From an uncultured bacterium (GTDB taxonomy: Bacteria; Muiribacteriota; UBA6191): 39,509 bases of DNA. The translations under genes and the position numbers were made by a program. The notes beneath the pieces were generated by a model. It was not told the DNA's origin. It searched no databases and was given only the letters and a program-made list of their open reading frames with translations. Shown here piece after piece: positions 1-8,793 of this stretch (position 1 is its first letter; every line of letters starts with the position of its first letter). Location: the NCBI GenBank assembly GCA_964650625.1, contig CAZYUV010000002.1, positions 1 through 39,509 on the forward strand, given 5' to 3'.

Positions 1-1374
1 GAAGGTGGGCATGGTTGGCCGGGGTCTGAGGCAAGACTTCCAAATGATGCGCCACCAATTCAAGCCTTCGATGCTGCAAATATCGCTTGGAAATTCTTTA
101 AAAATCATTCCCGAGAAAAGGAAGTAAGTAATTCTAAATCTAAGAAAAAGCCTCAATCTGAAGTAACTAAAAAAGTAGAAGAGAATCGCAATGATATAAA
201 AAATACTAATAAATTTGACTCAACAGAAAGCAATGAAATTTTAATCAATGATCAAACTATCCGAAAACTACAAACCCAGAGTAGCTCCATTTACGCTAGA
301 ACCAATAATGATAAACAAGTGGAACTTAATTCGATTTCAAATCAGCCACGTACAAACGTAAGTCAAGACCGTAATCAATCTTGCAAATTAGGACAGTTAA
401 AAGACATACCAACTAAGAACGGATCTTACAGCCAATTATGGATTTGTTCAAAAAAAGGTAAGAGAGGTACATTAAAGCGTAACTATAATTTAGTAATACC
501 AAAACTAGAAAACAGAAGAGAATCAGGACTTCTTTTAGTACTGCACGGCGGAGGTGGAAAGCCGGATGCTATAGCAAAAAGATCCAATTTTCATAGCTAC
601 GGACAAAAGTACGGTTTTGTAACTGTTTATCCTGAAGGCTACAAAAAGAAATGGAACAGTGGCCATGCAGGAACGCAAGCAGCTGAAGCTGAGATTGATG
701 ATGTTCATTTCCTATCCACATTAATCGATGAACTTCTACAAAAGTTAAAATTAGATGAACAAAAAGTATTTGTGACAGGACATTCTAATGGCGGCATGAT
801 GACCCATCGTCTTGGCGCAGAGGCAAGTCAGAAAATCGCTGGAATTGCTCCTGTAGCCGGAACTGTAGGTGGATTTGCAAATATTCATGATAGAAATAGC
901 TATTACCATATACCTAAAGCATCATCGAATATAAAGGTATTTGCAATTCATGGAAAATGCGACACCTCAGTTACGTATGATGGTTCTCGAGGGCCCACAA
1001 CCAACCGTCGACGGGAAGACATCTCTACCATGGAAGGTATAAAATTCTGGGCAAATGTAAATTCTTGTGGAAGGTCAACAACCCATAACTTTCGTCGAGA
1101 TAAACATTTACCTATGACTACTTACTCCTATGGCTGCGCAAAAAAGAATAAACAAACCGCATCTGTAAAACTGCTTACAATCAACGATACAGGACATGTT
1201 TGGCCTGATGGATCGGGCGAACGTAAAACAAAAATTAAGCCTCAAAATAAGAAAAAGATCAAAAAAGCAATTCAATGGGGTCAGCCAAGAGCTTGCTCAT
1301 TAGAAATGATGATCAACGCTTCAAAGCGAATTGATGCAGCTGAGGTCATCGTTCAGGAGTTTTTTAAGAAATAA
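1..1374 (+). CDS. PHB-depolymerase/LpqC-family esterase, 5'-truncated by the window edge; apparently two tandem esterase domains
   Basis: Frame 1 is open from nt 1 with no stop before the GTG at 319 used by the ORF track. Nt 1-120 translate to EGGHGWPG...AANIAWKFFKNH, the typical C-terminal end of this esterase family. The same motif pair recurs at the end of the second domain (TGHVWPDG...EVIVQEFFKK). The second domain has LVLHGGGG and a GHSNGG (GxSxG) nucleophile elbow. Confidence 0.7.
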   Translation, partial: EGGHGWPGSEARLPNDAPPIQAFDAANIAWKFFKNHSREKEVSNSKSKKKPQSEVTKKVEENRNDIKNTNKFDSTESNEILINDQTIRKLQTQSSSIYARTNNDKQVELNSISNQPRTNVSQDRNQSCKLGQLKDIPTKNGSYSQLWICSKKGKRGTLKRNYNLVIPKLENRRESGLLLVLHGGGGKPDAIAKRSNFHSYGQKYGFVTVYPEGYKKKWNSGHAGTQAAEAEIDDVHFLSTLIDELLQKLKLDEQKVFVTGHSNGGMMTHRLGAEASQKIAGIAPVAGTVGGFANIHDRNSYYHIPKASSNIKVFAIHGKCDTSVTYDGSRGPTTNRRREDISTMEGIKFWANVNSCGRSTTHNFRRDKHLPMTTYSYGCAKKNKQTASVKLLTINDTGHVWPDGSGERKTKIKPQNKKKIKKAIQWGQPRACSLEMMINASKRIDAAEVIVQEFFKK

Positions 1375-1395
1375 ATCTCCTTCAGTTTGATTAGT

Positions 1396-1428
1396 GGGGT
1401 TTAGTAATGGTACTAAACCCCATTTTTT
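1396..1428. terminator. Rho-independent terminator between convergent genes (bidirectional hairpin)
   Basis: Perfect 11-bp stem GGGGTTTAGTA (1396-1406) / TACTAAACCCC (1411-1421) with loop ATGG, followed by ATTTTTTATTATTT. It lies between the esterase stop (1374) and the STAS gene stop (1430). Confidence 0.7.
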
Positions 1429-1429
1429 A

Positions 1430-1777
1430 TTATTTAGATATCAAGGCCTTGGCTTCATCTAAACTACCCACAATCCTAAATGAATCACTTAGGGAAAGTG
1501 CACGAAATACAGCCATAATATTGTCTGAACAAGCACACAAAATCATTTTTCCATTGTGAGATTTTAGTAATTGCTGATGAGTAAATAAAGAGCCAATAAC
1601 TATGGAAGAGAGAGTAGTGACAGCACTAAAGTCTAATATCAATTGGAACTTAGAAGCTTCAAAATCCTTCTTTAATTGTTTTTTTAATTGTTCATAAGAA
1701 GAATGATTAAGACCACCAGTCAAAATCAAAATACTTAGCTGATTTTCAGTTGAAAATTCTTTGATTTCAAAACTCAA
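1430..1777 (-). CDS. STAS-domain protein (SpoIIAA/RsbV-like anti-sigma-factor antagonist)
   Basis: 115 aa, the typical size. LILDFSAVTTLSSIVIGSL matches the DxSxVxxxDSSGxxxL region that carries the phosphorylatable Ser. Its start overlaps the upstream gene stop by 4 nt (1774-1777). Confidence 0.75.
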   Translation of the reverse strand: MSFEIKEFSTENQLSILILTGGLNHSSYEQLKKQLKKDFEASKFQLILDFSAVTTLSSIVIGSLFTHQQLLKSHNGKMILCACSDNIMAVFRALSLSDSFRIVGSLDEAKALISK

Positions 1778-3777
1778 TTTAATTCTCCCGGTTTCATGTT
1801 CAATTGAAGTGCAAGTTCATGCAACTCCTGAATCTCTTCATCTGAAATAATCACACAATATTTGGTAGAAGACTTTAAGTATAGCTCCTGATTTACCAAT
1901 GAAATTCCAAAATAACTTTCACTTGAAGGCTCCAAACTTTTCTTCATTCGAGTGACAGCCATTCTAATAGTTCCTTCGTCTAGTTCGGGGTCATATTTTT
2001 TACGATAGATAGACTCATAAAGCTCACTCCAACTAAATCGTCTTCCTGGAAAAAAGGCTAAAAGGCAAAAGAGTAAAAGCGTGATTCTAGATTTTTCAAT
2101 TTTCAATTGCCCCGCTGTTTTTTCAAAATAACACTCCTTATGAAAATCAAAAAATAAATCATAACTTTTACGTCTTTCATACTCTAGATCTAAAGTTTTG
2201 ATATGTGATACCACTAACTCACCATTGCGATTGAAACATAAGCAGAATTTACGATCGATTTCTTTGAAAAGAAAGTCAATGCTTGGCGACAGTGCTGTAT
2301 TCATTGACTTAGATACATTTCGCTTGAAGCGCAGATAAGTCCAGGGCGAACTAATTTTCTGCTCAAGATAACCCAAAAAAATCATATACTCACTTGCAAC
2401 CGTATTGGAATGTTCTATTTCAAATTCTTCGAGTTCTTGCATTGGCTTTCTAGCTGCTTCAAAGTCACCACTTAGAAGACGATCTATACCCTCCATCAGA
2501 AGCATTTCGATACAAGAATTATCGAAAAGTTTTAATTCTTGCAGAGTATCAATCGCAGACAGAAGATCCAAGCTAGCAAGATGACATAAATACTGCTGCA
2601 AAAGTATTTGAGGTTTTCGTTTCTCACTAACATTTGCGTAAGCATTCATCCAGTAATTTTGTGCTGCATTAAAATTACCCTGATGCAAAAATATTTGAGC
2701 CTGCCAATCATACAAATAAGAAATCAATTCTGGGCCAATCTGCTTTGAATTAGACAGACTCAAAATTCTCAAAAAATGTTGCTGATAAAATTGATCATCC
2801 CTTCTCAATGAGTCTTCAAAGGATGACTCAAGTAAATCATTCATATGAGGCTTTAATTGATCAAAACTAGGATTTTGACTAATAAAATCTGCTCTTTCAT
2901 CCTCGTTATCGAGCAGATAAAACTTTCTAGATATATCTGTTGTTAATTCGAAAAGTCTCTGCCGCTCCTCTTCAGATATTCTGATATTTGCGAAACCACC
3001 ATGAAGAACATATACATCCTCTTGCAAACTCATCCAGCCCTTGTCTAAACCAGGTTTCAATCGTTGCCAAAGAGAATCTATCTGGCATAAGGCCTTAAGT
3101 TCTAAACCTATCGGAAAATAGTCTTTAGAATCTATTTCAAGTTCAATAGAGAGATTGTTAATAAATTCTGACACTAACTGTTCTAGCTGAGGTAATACCT
3201 CCGCCAATTCCCCAAGGTTTTGATCGCAGATCTCAACTAATGCAGCAACAAGACCCCGCAATCCAAAATTATGCTCGCGAATAAACGTCTTTATGCTTAG
3301 GGGCAATCGAATTTGATGTCTATTCTCAAAAAGCATGAGCTCCTGCTCCACCATCATTGCTGAAAGGGCCGAACTCATTGGATAAAAGCCAAGTCGTAAG
3401 ATATTTTTACTTAGCTTTTGTGAGGCATTAGAGCTGAGTAAAAAAATCAAATTTCTCCGATTACCTCTCAAACTCGGTAAAATTTCCATGAATATCTCAG
3501 TAGAGAGATGATCAATGACAAATATACGGTCTTTGTGACTTTTTATGCTTGATAGTAATTCAGGAATATCTAACGTAGAGTCTTTACAATCATAATAAAA
3601 ACTATTCTCAAGATTCTCAGTCAGCCACTTAAAAAAATATGTTTTACCCGTACCATTCAATCCATAGATGTGGAAAGTGCGCATGTCACGGTTCAGTGCA
3701 TCACATAAATTCTGTATAAATTCTGGACTACTGGAGGTAATATTTTCTCTTATCAATTCTAATAAGTTCAAACCCAC
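1774..3777 (-). CDS. STAND-like P-loop ATPase with helical/TPR-like middle region and C-terminal OmpR-type winged-helix DNA-binding domain
   Basis: Walker A is GLNGTGKT and Walker B-like is RIFVIDHL. The C-terminus LLLFCLLAFFPGRRFSWSELYESIYRKKYDPELDEGTIRMAVTRMKKSL...ELYLK follows the Trans_reg_C pattern (LLxxL..pg..vs...L...vw........r.v.v.i.rlRkkL). Confidence 0.6.
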   Translation of the reverse strand: MGLNLLELIRENITSSSPEFIQNLCDALNRDMRTFHIYGLNGTGKTYFFKWLTENLENSFYYDCKDSTLDIPELLSSIKSHKDRIFVIDHLSTEIFMEILPSLRGNRRNLIFLLSSNASQKLSKNILRLGFYPMSSALSAMMVEQELMLFENRHQIRLPLSIKTFIREHNFGLRGLVAALVEICDQNLGELAEVLPQLEQLVSEFINNLSIELEIDSKDYFPIGLELKALCQIDSLWQRLKPGLDKGWMSLQEDVYVLHGGFANIRISEEERQRLFELTTDISRKFYLLDNEDERADFISQNPSFDQLKPHMNDLLESSFEDSLRRDDQFYQQHFLRILSLSNSKQIGPELISYLYDWQAQIFLHQGNFNAAQNYWMNAYANVSEKRKPQILLQQYLCHLASLDLLSAIDTLQELKLFDNSCIEMLLMEGIDRLLSGDFEAARKPMQELEEFEIEHSNTVASEYMIFLGYLEQKISSPWTYLRFKRNVSKSMNTALSPSIDFLFKEIDRKFCLCFNRNGELVVSHIKTLDLEYERRKSYDLFFDFHKECYFEKTAGQLKIEKSRITLLLFCLLAFFPGRRFSWSELYESIYRKKYDPELDEGTIRMAVTRMKKSLEPSSESYFGISLVNQELYLKSSTKYCVIISDEEIQELHELALQLNMKPGELN

Positions 3778-3779
3778 TC

Positions 3780-5702
3780 CTAAACGTCAATTATGAGCAG
3801 TGTCATATCATCAGCTTGCTGTACGCCCTTACGAAATTGCTGCAGATCACCCACTATCTGATTAATACATTCATTAGTAGATAACGATCCAGTAGAGAGA
3901 ATTTTTTCTTTGAATCTATTTGACGAATAACACTCTTTCTTCTGATTTTCTAACTCGATGCATCCATCCGTATATAATACTAATCGATCTCCCCTCAACA
4001 GAAGAACTTTGTCACTCTTATACTTCACATCCTTAACAAGACCAAACGGTAAACCAGCTGTTGATAATTCCTGAATCGTATTATGTCGGACCATGTACAT
4101 ATTATTGTGACCCGAACTACAAAATTTGAACTCATAATTAATATGGTTAAATCGACCTAAAAAACAAGTACAAAAGCTATCTTCAGGTTTGTTCGAGCAA
4201 GCTATATTATTGACTAGTAAAAAAATTTTTTCTAAGTCTAAATCTAAGCTAATTAAGGCGTCCAAGGCCGCTTTAATTCTGGCCCCAAATAGACCGGCTT
4301 GTAAACCTTTTCCAGCTACATCTGCCACGCAAAAATAGGTGTAATCTGATTGATGTGACACAATAAAAAAGTCCCCGGCCACTTGTCTACCTGGTAAAAA
4401 AGAAACGTCCCATTGTATTGAACGGAATTTCTTTACTGATGTAGTCTTTAAAAGTAATTCCTGAGTTTTAGCAGCTAAATCCACATAGTTTTTCTGATTT
4501 AATCTAAAGCTACTTTTTAAGTCATTCTCTACAAATATCTTCTTTAGAGCATAGATTTCATTGACTAAATTATTGAAACTATCGCTGCTAGTTTTATCAA
4601 TTAATGTTTGAATTGATCCCTGTAAATCTAAAACTTGATCAAAATTCTTTTCAATAGGATTCCATTGATTATTCTTCAAGACACTTCTAAATTGATTTAA
4701 TAAACTGTCTTGCGAAACTTTTATCGATTGTAAATTCCTTACGACACCAAAGAGTTTATTTTGTTCTAAAACCACTAGACTTCGATGACTCAGTGTATTA
4801 AACAAAACTTTCACTTCACTAAACTTTGGTTTTATATCAAGCTTAAAACTCTTGCCTGGCATCCACTCTCTAGCTACACCACCTAAGATAAGAAGCTCTC
4901 TCAAAAATAGTCTTAGTGATGCATATATCATGATGAGCACTAATATTAAACTCATCAAAAGTAAGCTAATAATTATTGTATTTCTACGCTTTACCTTTGA
5001 TTCTAAAGCTTTGACATCTGGTTCGAAATTAAAGCGCGCTGAAGAAAACAAGGGATGTCTCTGATAACCATAAAATTTATCTGAATCAGCAACATTTACC
5101 TCAGAAAGTCCTATTAAATTCCATAGTTTTATTGGATCAACTGAAACTGAAAACCCTTTTTGAAGTTTCTCCGAAAACTTATAAAAAAATAAGATCTGCT
5201 TCTGGTCAAATTCAAGCCAATGAAAGCCTTCAATATCCGGTGACATTTTAACTCCGGTCTCAGCTATTTGATCGTTGTAGATCAATTTATAATAGTTTGG
5301 TGAAAGTTTTTTAACGACACGTAACCAAGTATATAAAGGTCCAAACCTACGCTGGTCCGTGTCTGATTTTCGTATATATCTAAAGCAGTTCCTAAAGGTT
5401 GAAAAATTAATTTCACCTGAGCAGTCCGTCGTTTGAAAACTCTCCCAATCATATGAATTTTCCGGCAATCCGAAACTTGTACCAAGTTCTAACAGATCAA
5501 TTTTTCCAAGTAATACTTCACTTGCATTCAGTTTCTGATTAAAAATTTCTACCTCTTTACTCACTTTATCTGAAAATGCTCTGATCTCTGTCTCTATCTC
5601 AACATTAAGCTTTTGAGAATATCCTCCCCAAAAATGAAAAATAAAAAAACTAAAGCCCGGCACTACTAAAGCAATACAAGCAATCAAAACTCGTTTAAGC
5701 AT
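3780..5702 (-). CDS. Membrane-anchored SpoIIE/RsbU-type PP2C serine phosphatase with extracytoplasmic sensor region
   Basis: An N-terminal TM and a second TM (IIISLLLMSLILVLIMIYASL) bracket a ~230-aa region. C-terminal PP2C motifs are AGDFFIV, ADVAGKGLQAG, LVLYTDGCIE and ADDMTLLIIDV. Confidence 0.8.
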   Translation of the reverse strand: MLKRVLIACIALVVPGFSFFIFHFWGGYSQKLNVEIETEIRAFSDKVSKEVEIFNQKLNASEVLLGKIDLLELGTSFGLPENSYDWESFQTTDCSGEINFSTFRNCFRYIRKSDTDQRRFGPLYTWLRVVKKLSPNYYKLIYNDQIAETGVKMSPDIEGFHWLEFDQKQILFFYKFSEKLQKGFSVSVDPIKLWNLIGLSEVNVADSDKFYGYQRHPLFSSARFNFEPDVKALESKVKRRNTIIISLLLMSLILVLIMIYASLRLFLRELLILGGVAREWMPGKSFKLDIKPKFSEVKVLFNTLSHRSLVVLEQNKLFGVVRNLQSIKVSQDSLLNQFRSVLKNNQWNPIEKNFDQVLDLQGSIQTLIDKTSSDSFNNLVNEIYALKKIFVENDLKSSFRLNQKNYVDLAAKTQELLLKTTSVKKFRSIQWDVSFLPGRQVAGDFFIVSHQSDYTYFCVADVAGKGLQAGLFGARIKAALDALISLDLDLEKIFLLVNNIACSNKPEDSFCTCFLGRFNHINYEFKFCSSGHNNMYMVRHNTIQELSTAGLPFGLVKDVKYKSDKVLLLRGDRLVLYTDGCIELENQKKECYSSNRFKEKILSTGSLSTNECINQIVGDLQQFRKGVQQADDMTLLIIDV

Positions 5703-7989
5703 CGAAACCTTTCTGGATAGTAATACTTAAATGAATTGCATCGTCAGAGGTAGCTAATTCGAATCCAATTTCCTTAGATAATGAGACAGTCTCCACAAGA
5801 CTTGGCGAGTTCCCAAACTTAGAACTGAAACTAGACCAGTCTTTTACAATTTCAGACTTATTGATTCGAAAACGAATATCACCCTTACCTACATATTCAA
5901 CACAAGCGGAATTACTGTCAGCATTTATCAAAACAAAAGATTGATCAATTCCCAAATCTCGACTGATTTCATAAGCATAGGAACTTAATCGATCAAAACA
6001 GGTCTGTGTATCAGAATTTGTAACAACAAGACCGTGCATATAAGATCTAAGAGCATGGGTTAAAATCGTATTAGAGGGAGGTTCTGAATGACTTCGTACT
6101 AGTATCAAGTAAAAACCACCTGTGTATTCGACTAACTCATAGCCATCACCTGCACTGTGTGCCCTGGGACTAATTTTGAAGTCTAATGCCAAATCTTTAA
6201 TAATTACCTTATTAGATTGAAGCATTAAATCATTGAATTCTCTGCTTGAATCAATATCAGATGTTAAACCTAAAGAGAGTTTTTCAGAAATATGTATACT
6301 AAGACTTAAATAAATTTTTTCTACTTGTTCAGCACATGCATTTAAAATTTTCTTTGCTAGAGGTAATGAAGACTTGACTCTGAAATAAATCGGAAATTTA
6401 AGATTTAATTCATTCTCTAAGCTGGACCTTACATCCTCTGAGGGCATCACTGAAATAAATTGCTTATTTTTCACAGGAAATTCAATCTTTTCGATGAAGG
6501 CTCCAGAAAATAAGCTCTTTAATATGCGATTTATTTGCTCCAGCATTTGATCTGCAGATAATTCCGTATTCTGTAATACTTGCAAACTGGCTGATCTGAA
6601 AATTAATTCCTTTTGAAATACTTTCTGATTTGTTTTCATCTTGGTCAAAGCCAGATCTACTTCAGCAAGTTCCTTAGGAAGGCTCTCGATAGTTTCTGTA
6701 TTACCCGACAGTAAATCATCGATGTTTTTTTCTAGAGGAAATATCAGCCAGCGAAGCACAATAAGAACAATTGAAACATGTAAAAATATAAAAAATATAA
6801 AAATAAGAATCCATTTTTTATTGATTTTTTTGGACTCCTCAGATGAATTCCAATCCGGCCAAAAAACATACTTTCCAAGCAAGGCCGAAAATATCTTCAG
6901 TTTAGAACTGACATCTAGATAGAATTTCTCTTTAAAGCCTTTGGAATTCAGCAAATTAAGAAGTTTCGCTCTAATCAATTGCTTATCAACTTTAATTATT
7001 GAAACGCCATCAGCTACCAAACTTATAGCATTTTTGGGTTTATTTGGCCAAGGTCGATTGTATAACTGAACATGTACCCAATAGCCTTGAATATCAACAA
7101 ACTGAATCGTAGCCTTCATTGGATCAATCTCTAATCTGTTCTTAAAGAATTTATCAAAACGCATAGACGTAGGTATTAGAGCTATGGAACTAGACAGAGC
7201 GTTTGTTACCAACAGAAAATCTAAATACGAAAAACTTTGAAAGATTTGCGGTAATGCTTCTGTCTGACGCTGAAGTAATTCTGCAAAAGAATTAGGTATA
7301 TCATTTCGCATATTTAGCCAAAAAATACGAATTTCTTCCTCATCAACCTTACTATGTAAATAAGAATCATAATGAAATTTCATTACCGTCTTTTTGAGAC
7401 AATCCGTGTAATCATTATGATTTAAGACTTGATCATATTTTGAATCTAGTCCATCTAGCGCAATCCAATCTTGTTTGTTGATCCAGATTTTCTGAAGGTC
7501 CCTATCTACACCTAGTTGAATTGATAATTGATCTAATTTGGTATTTATTTCATCATCGCGCTGACATCTCCTGGGTCTTCCTCTTATTGAGGGTATGAAG
7601 TTTTTACCCGCTAAATAGCGACGAAAAGCTCGGAATAAATTTCGTTTAGTGTAGGTATTTAGCAAAATCAATTCATGATGGATTTCACTAAGCGATAATT
7701 GAGCTTTTACAGAATCAATATTTTTACGCAATTCAAATTCATTAACTCCCTGATCGTCCAAAGTATGAACTTCTATCAATTTGTCCAATAAGTCCGCGAA
7801 GAGTTTCTGCACTTGGGATTCAAGATCTATAATTTCAGCCTGTTTTGAATTTGTAAGATTCTGAAGACGATCGGAATACTCAATTTTAGCCATTGAATAG
7901 CAGTAAACACCACAAAAGCATAAGCCTAAGACGAAGCTCACTAGCAGGCTTACTCTAAGAAAATTTTTGAGAGTTAAATGATGCATCAA
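5695..7989 (-). CDS. Membrane sensor protein with large extracytoplasmic domain and divergent SpoIIE/PP2C-like C-terminal domain
   Basis: An N-terminal TM and a second TM (WILIFIFFIFLHVSIVLIVLRWLIF) are present. The C-terminus has AGDGYEL and SDDAIHLSITI, resembling the first and last PP2C motifs, but the DxxGHG and YTDG motifs are not recognisable. An 8-nt overlap with the downstream phosphatase gene indicates co-translation. Confidence 0.5.
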   Translation of the reverse strand: MMHHLTLKNFLRVSLLVSFVLGLCFCGVYCYSMAKIEYSDRLQNLTNSKQAEIIDLESQVQKLFADLLDKLIEVHTLDDQGVNEFELRKNIDSVKAQLSLSEIHHELILLNTYTKRNLFRAFRRYLAGKNFIPSIRGRPRRCQRDDEINTKLDQLSIQLGVDRDLQKIWINKQDWIALDGLDSKYDQVLNHNDYTDCLKKTVMKFHYDSYLHSKVDEEEIRIFWLNMRNDIPNSFAELLQRQTEALPQIFQSFSYLDFLLVTNALSSSIALIPTSMRFDKFFKNRLEIDPMKATIQFVDIQGYWVHVQLYNRPWPNKPKNAISLVADGVSIIKVDKQLIRAKLLNLLNSKGFKEKFYLDVSSKLKIFSALLGKYVFWPDWNSSEESKKINKKWILIFIFFIFLHVSIVLIVLRWLIFPLEKNIDDLLSGNTETIESLPKELAEVDLALTKMKTNQKVFQKELIFRSASLQVLQNTELSADQMLEQINRILKSLFSGAFIEKIEFPVKNKQFISVMPSEDVRSSLENELNLKFPIYFRVKSSLPLAKKILNACAEQVEKIYLSLSIHISEKLSLGLTSDIDSSREFNDLMLQSNKVIIKDLALDFKISPRAHSAGDGYELVEYTGGFYLILVRSHSEPPSNTILTHALRSYMHGLVVTNSDTQTCFDRLSSYAYEISRDLGIDQSFVLINADSNSACVEYVGKGDIRFRINKSEIVKDWSSFSSKFGNSPSLVETVSLSKEIGFELATSDDAIHLSITIQKGFDA

Positions 7990-8222
7990 TGAATGTTACA
8001 ATTAAGTGCTAAGGCCACCAAAATAGGCTAAATAATAGCTCCATGGGAAAAACTCTTAAGTAAACACTCGATTGGACTAGGAGAGCAAGTTACAGACTAC
8101 ACTAATTTTTTTTGTAAAAATGAAATATTAAAGATTCAATTGGATAAATTCAAAATTAATACTCAGTTTTTACTCCACTTGAGTGTAAATTATCAGAATA
8201 AGTAGAAAGGTAGTTTTAGCGT

Positions 8223-8638
8223 TTAGTTTGGATTAGTTTTAGGCTTGTACTCAAGTCTTCCAAAAATAGCTTCTGGATCACTTAATTTTCGATTTTTACG
8301 GATCTCTAAATGTAAATGAATTCCCGTGGAGCAGCCGGTTGTACCCACTGTACCAACCCGTTCTCCTGCTAATACTCTTTGACCTTCTTTAAGATTTCCA
8401 TCGCCCATCGAAACTAAAGGTCTGTTTCTAATTCCCGAAATATCTACGGCCGGATGATCTTCAGAAAATCCTTGTACAAGTACTCCTAAGCAAGGCTTAA
8501 CCATTCTTGAATAATCGTTAGCTAAAGAATTTTTTTATGAACTTGGTAGCTAATATCGCCGTAAAAAGAATTATCTGCAAAGGTCAGCGTAGCCCATGTA
8601 ATCAATAAAATCAGTTTGATCTGTATTACATATTTCAT
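8223..8638 (-). pseudogene. Small secreted M23 (LytM-type) metallopeptidase, split by a frameshift at a homopolymer
   Basis: ORF 8223-8504 has the M23 motifs HPAVD (HxxxD) and GTTGCSTGIHLHLEIR (HxH). Upstream, in another frame (8638-8522), lies MKYVIQIKLILLITWATLTFADNSFYGDISYQVHKKIL*, a signal-peptide-like sequence. The two frames meet at a run of 7 A on the coding strand (T7 at 8530-8536 on +). One extra A would fuse them. Confidence 0.55.
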
Positions 8639-8793
8639 TTGAGCCCTAGTGTAGTTTTACTTGCAGTAATTTCCAATACGGAACATCTTATTATTTTGTT
8701 CTAAATTGGATCCAATTTTTTATCGCATCCTCCTAAATCCCATTCCTACATAATTTTAGGTACAATAAATAAAGACTTTAACTCATAGACAAC

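Noticed and set aside
4852-5064. Short ORFs antisense to or nested inside the SpoIIE operon genes (4852-5064 +, 5282-5485 -, 6641-6922 +)
   Set aside because: They lie entirely within long ORFs that carry clear family motifs. They have low-complexity, Ser/Lys/Ile-rich translations typical of AT-rich antisense frames, and no RBS or motif support.
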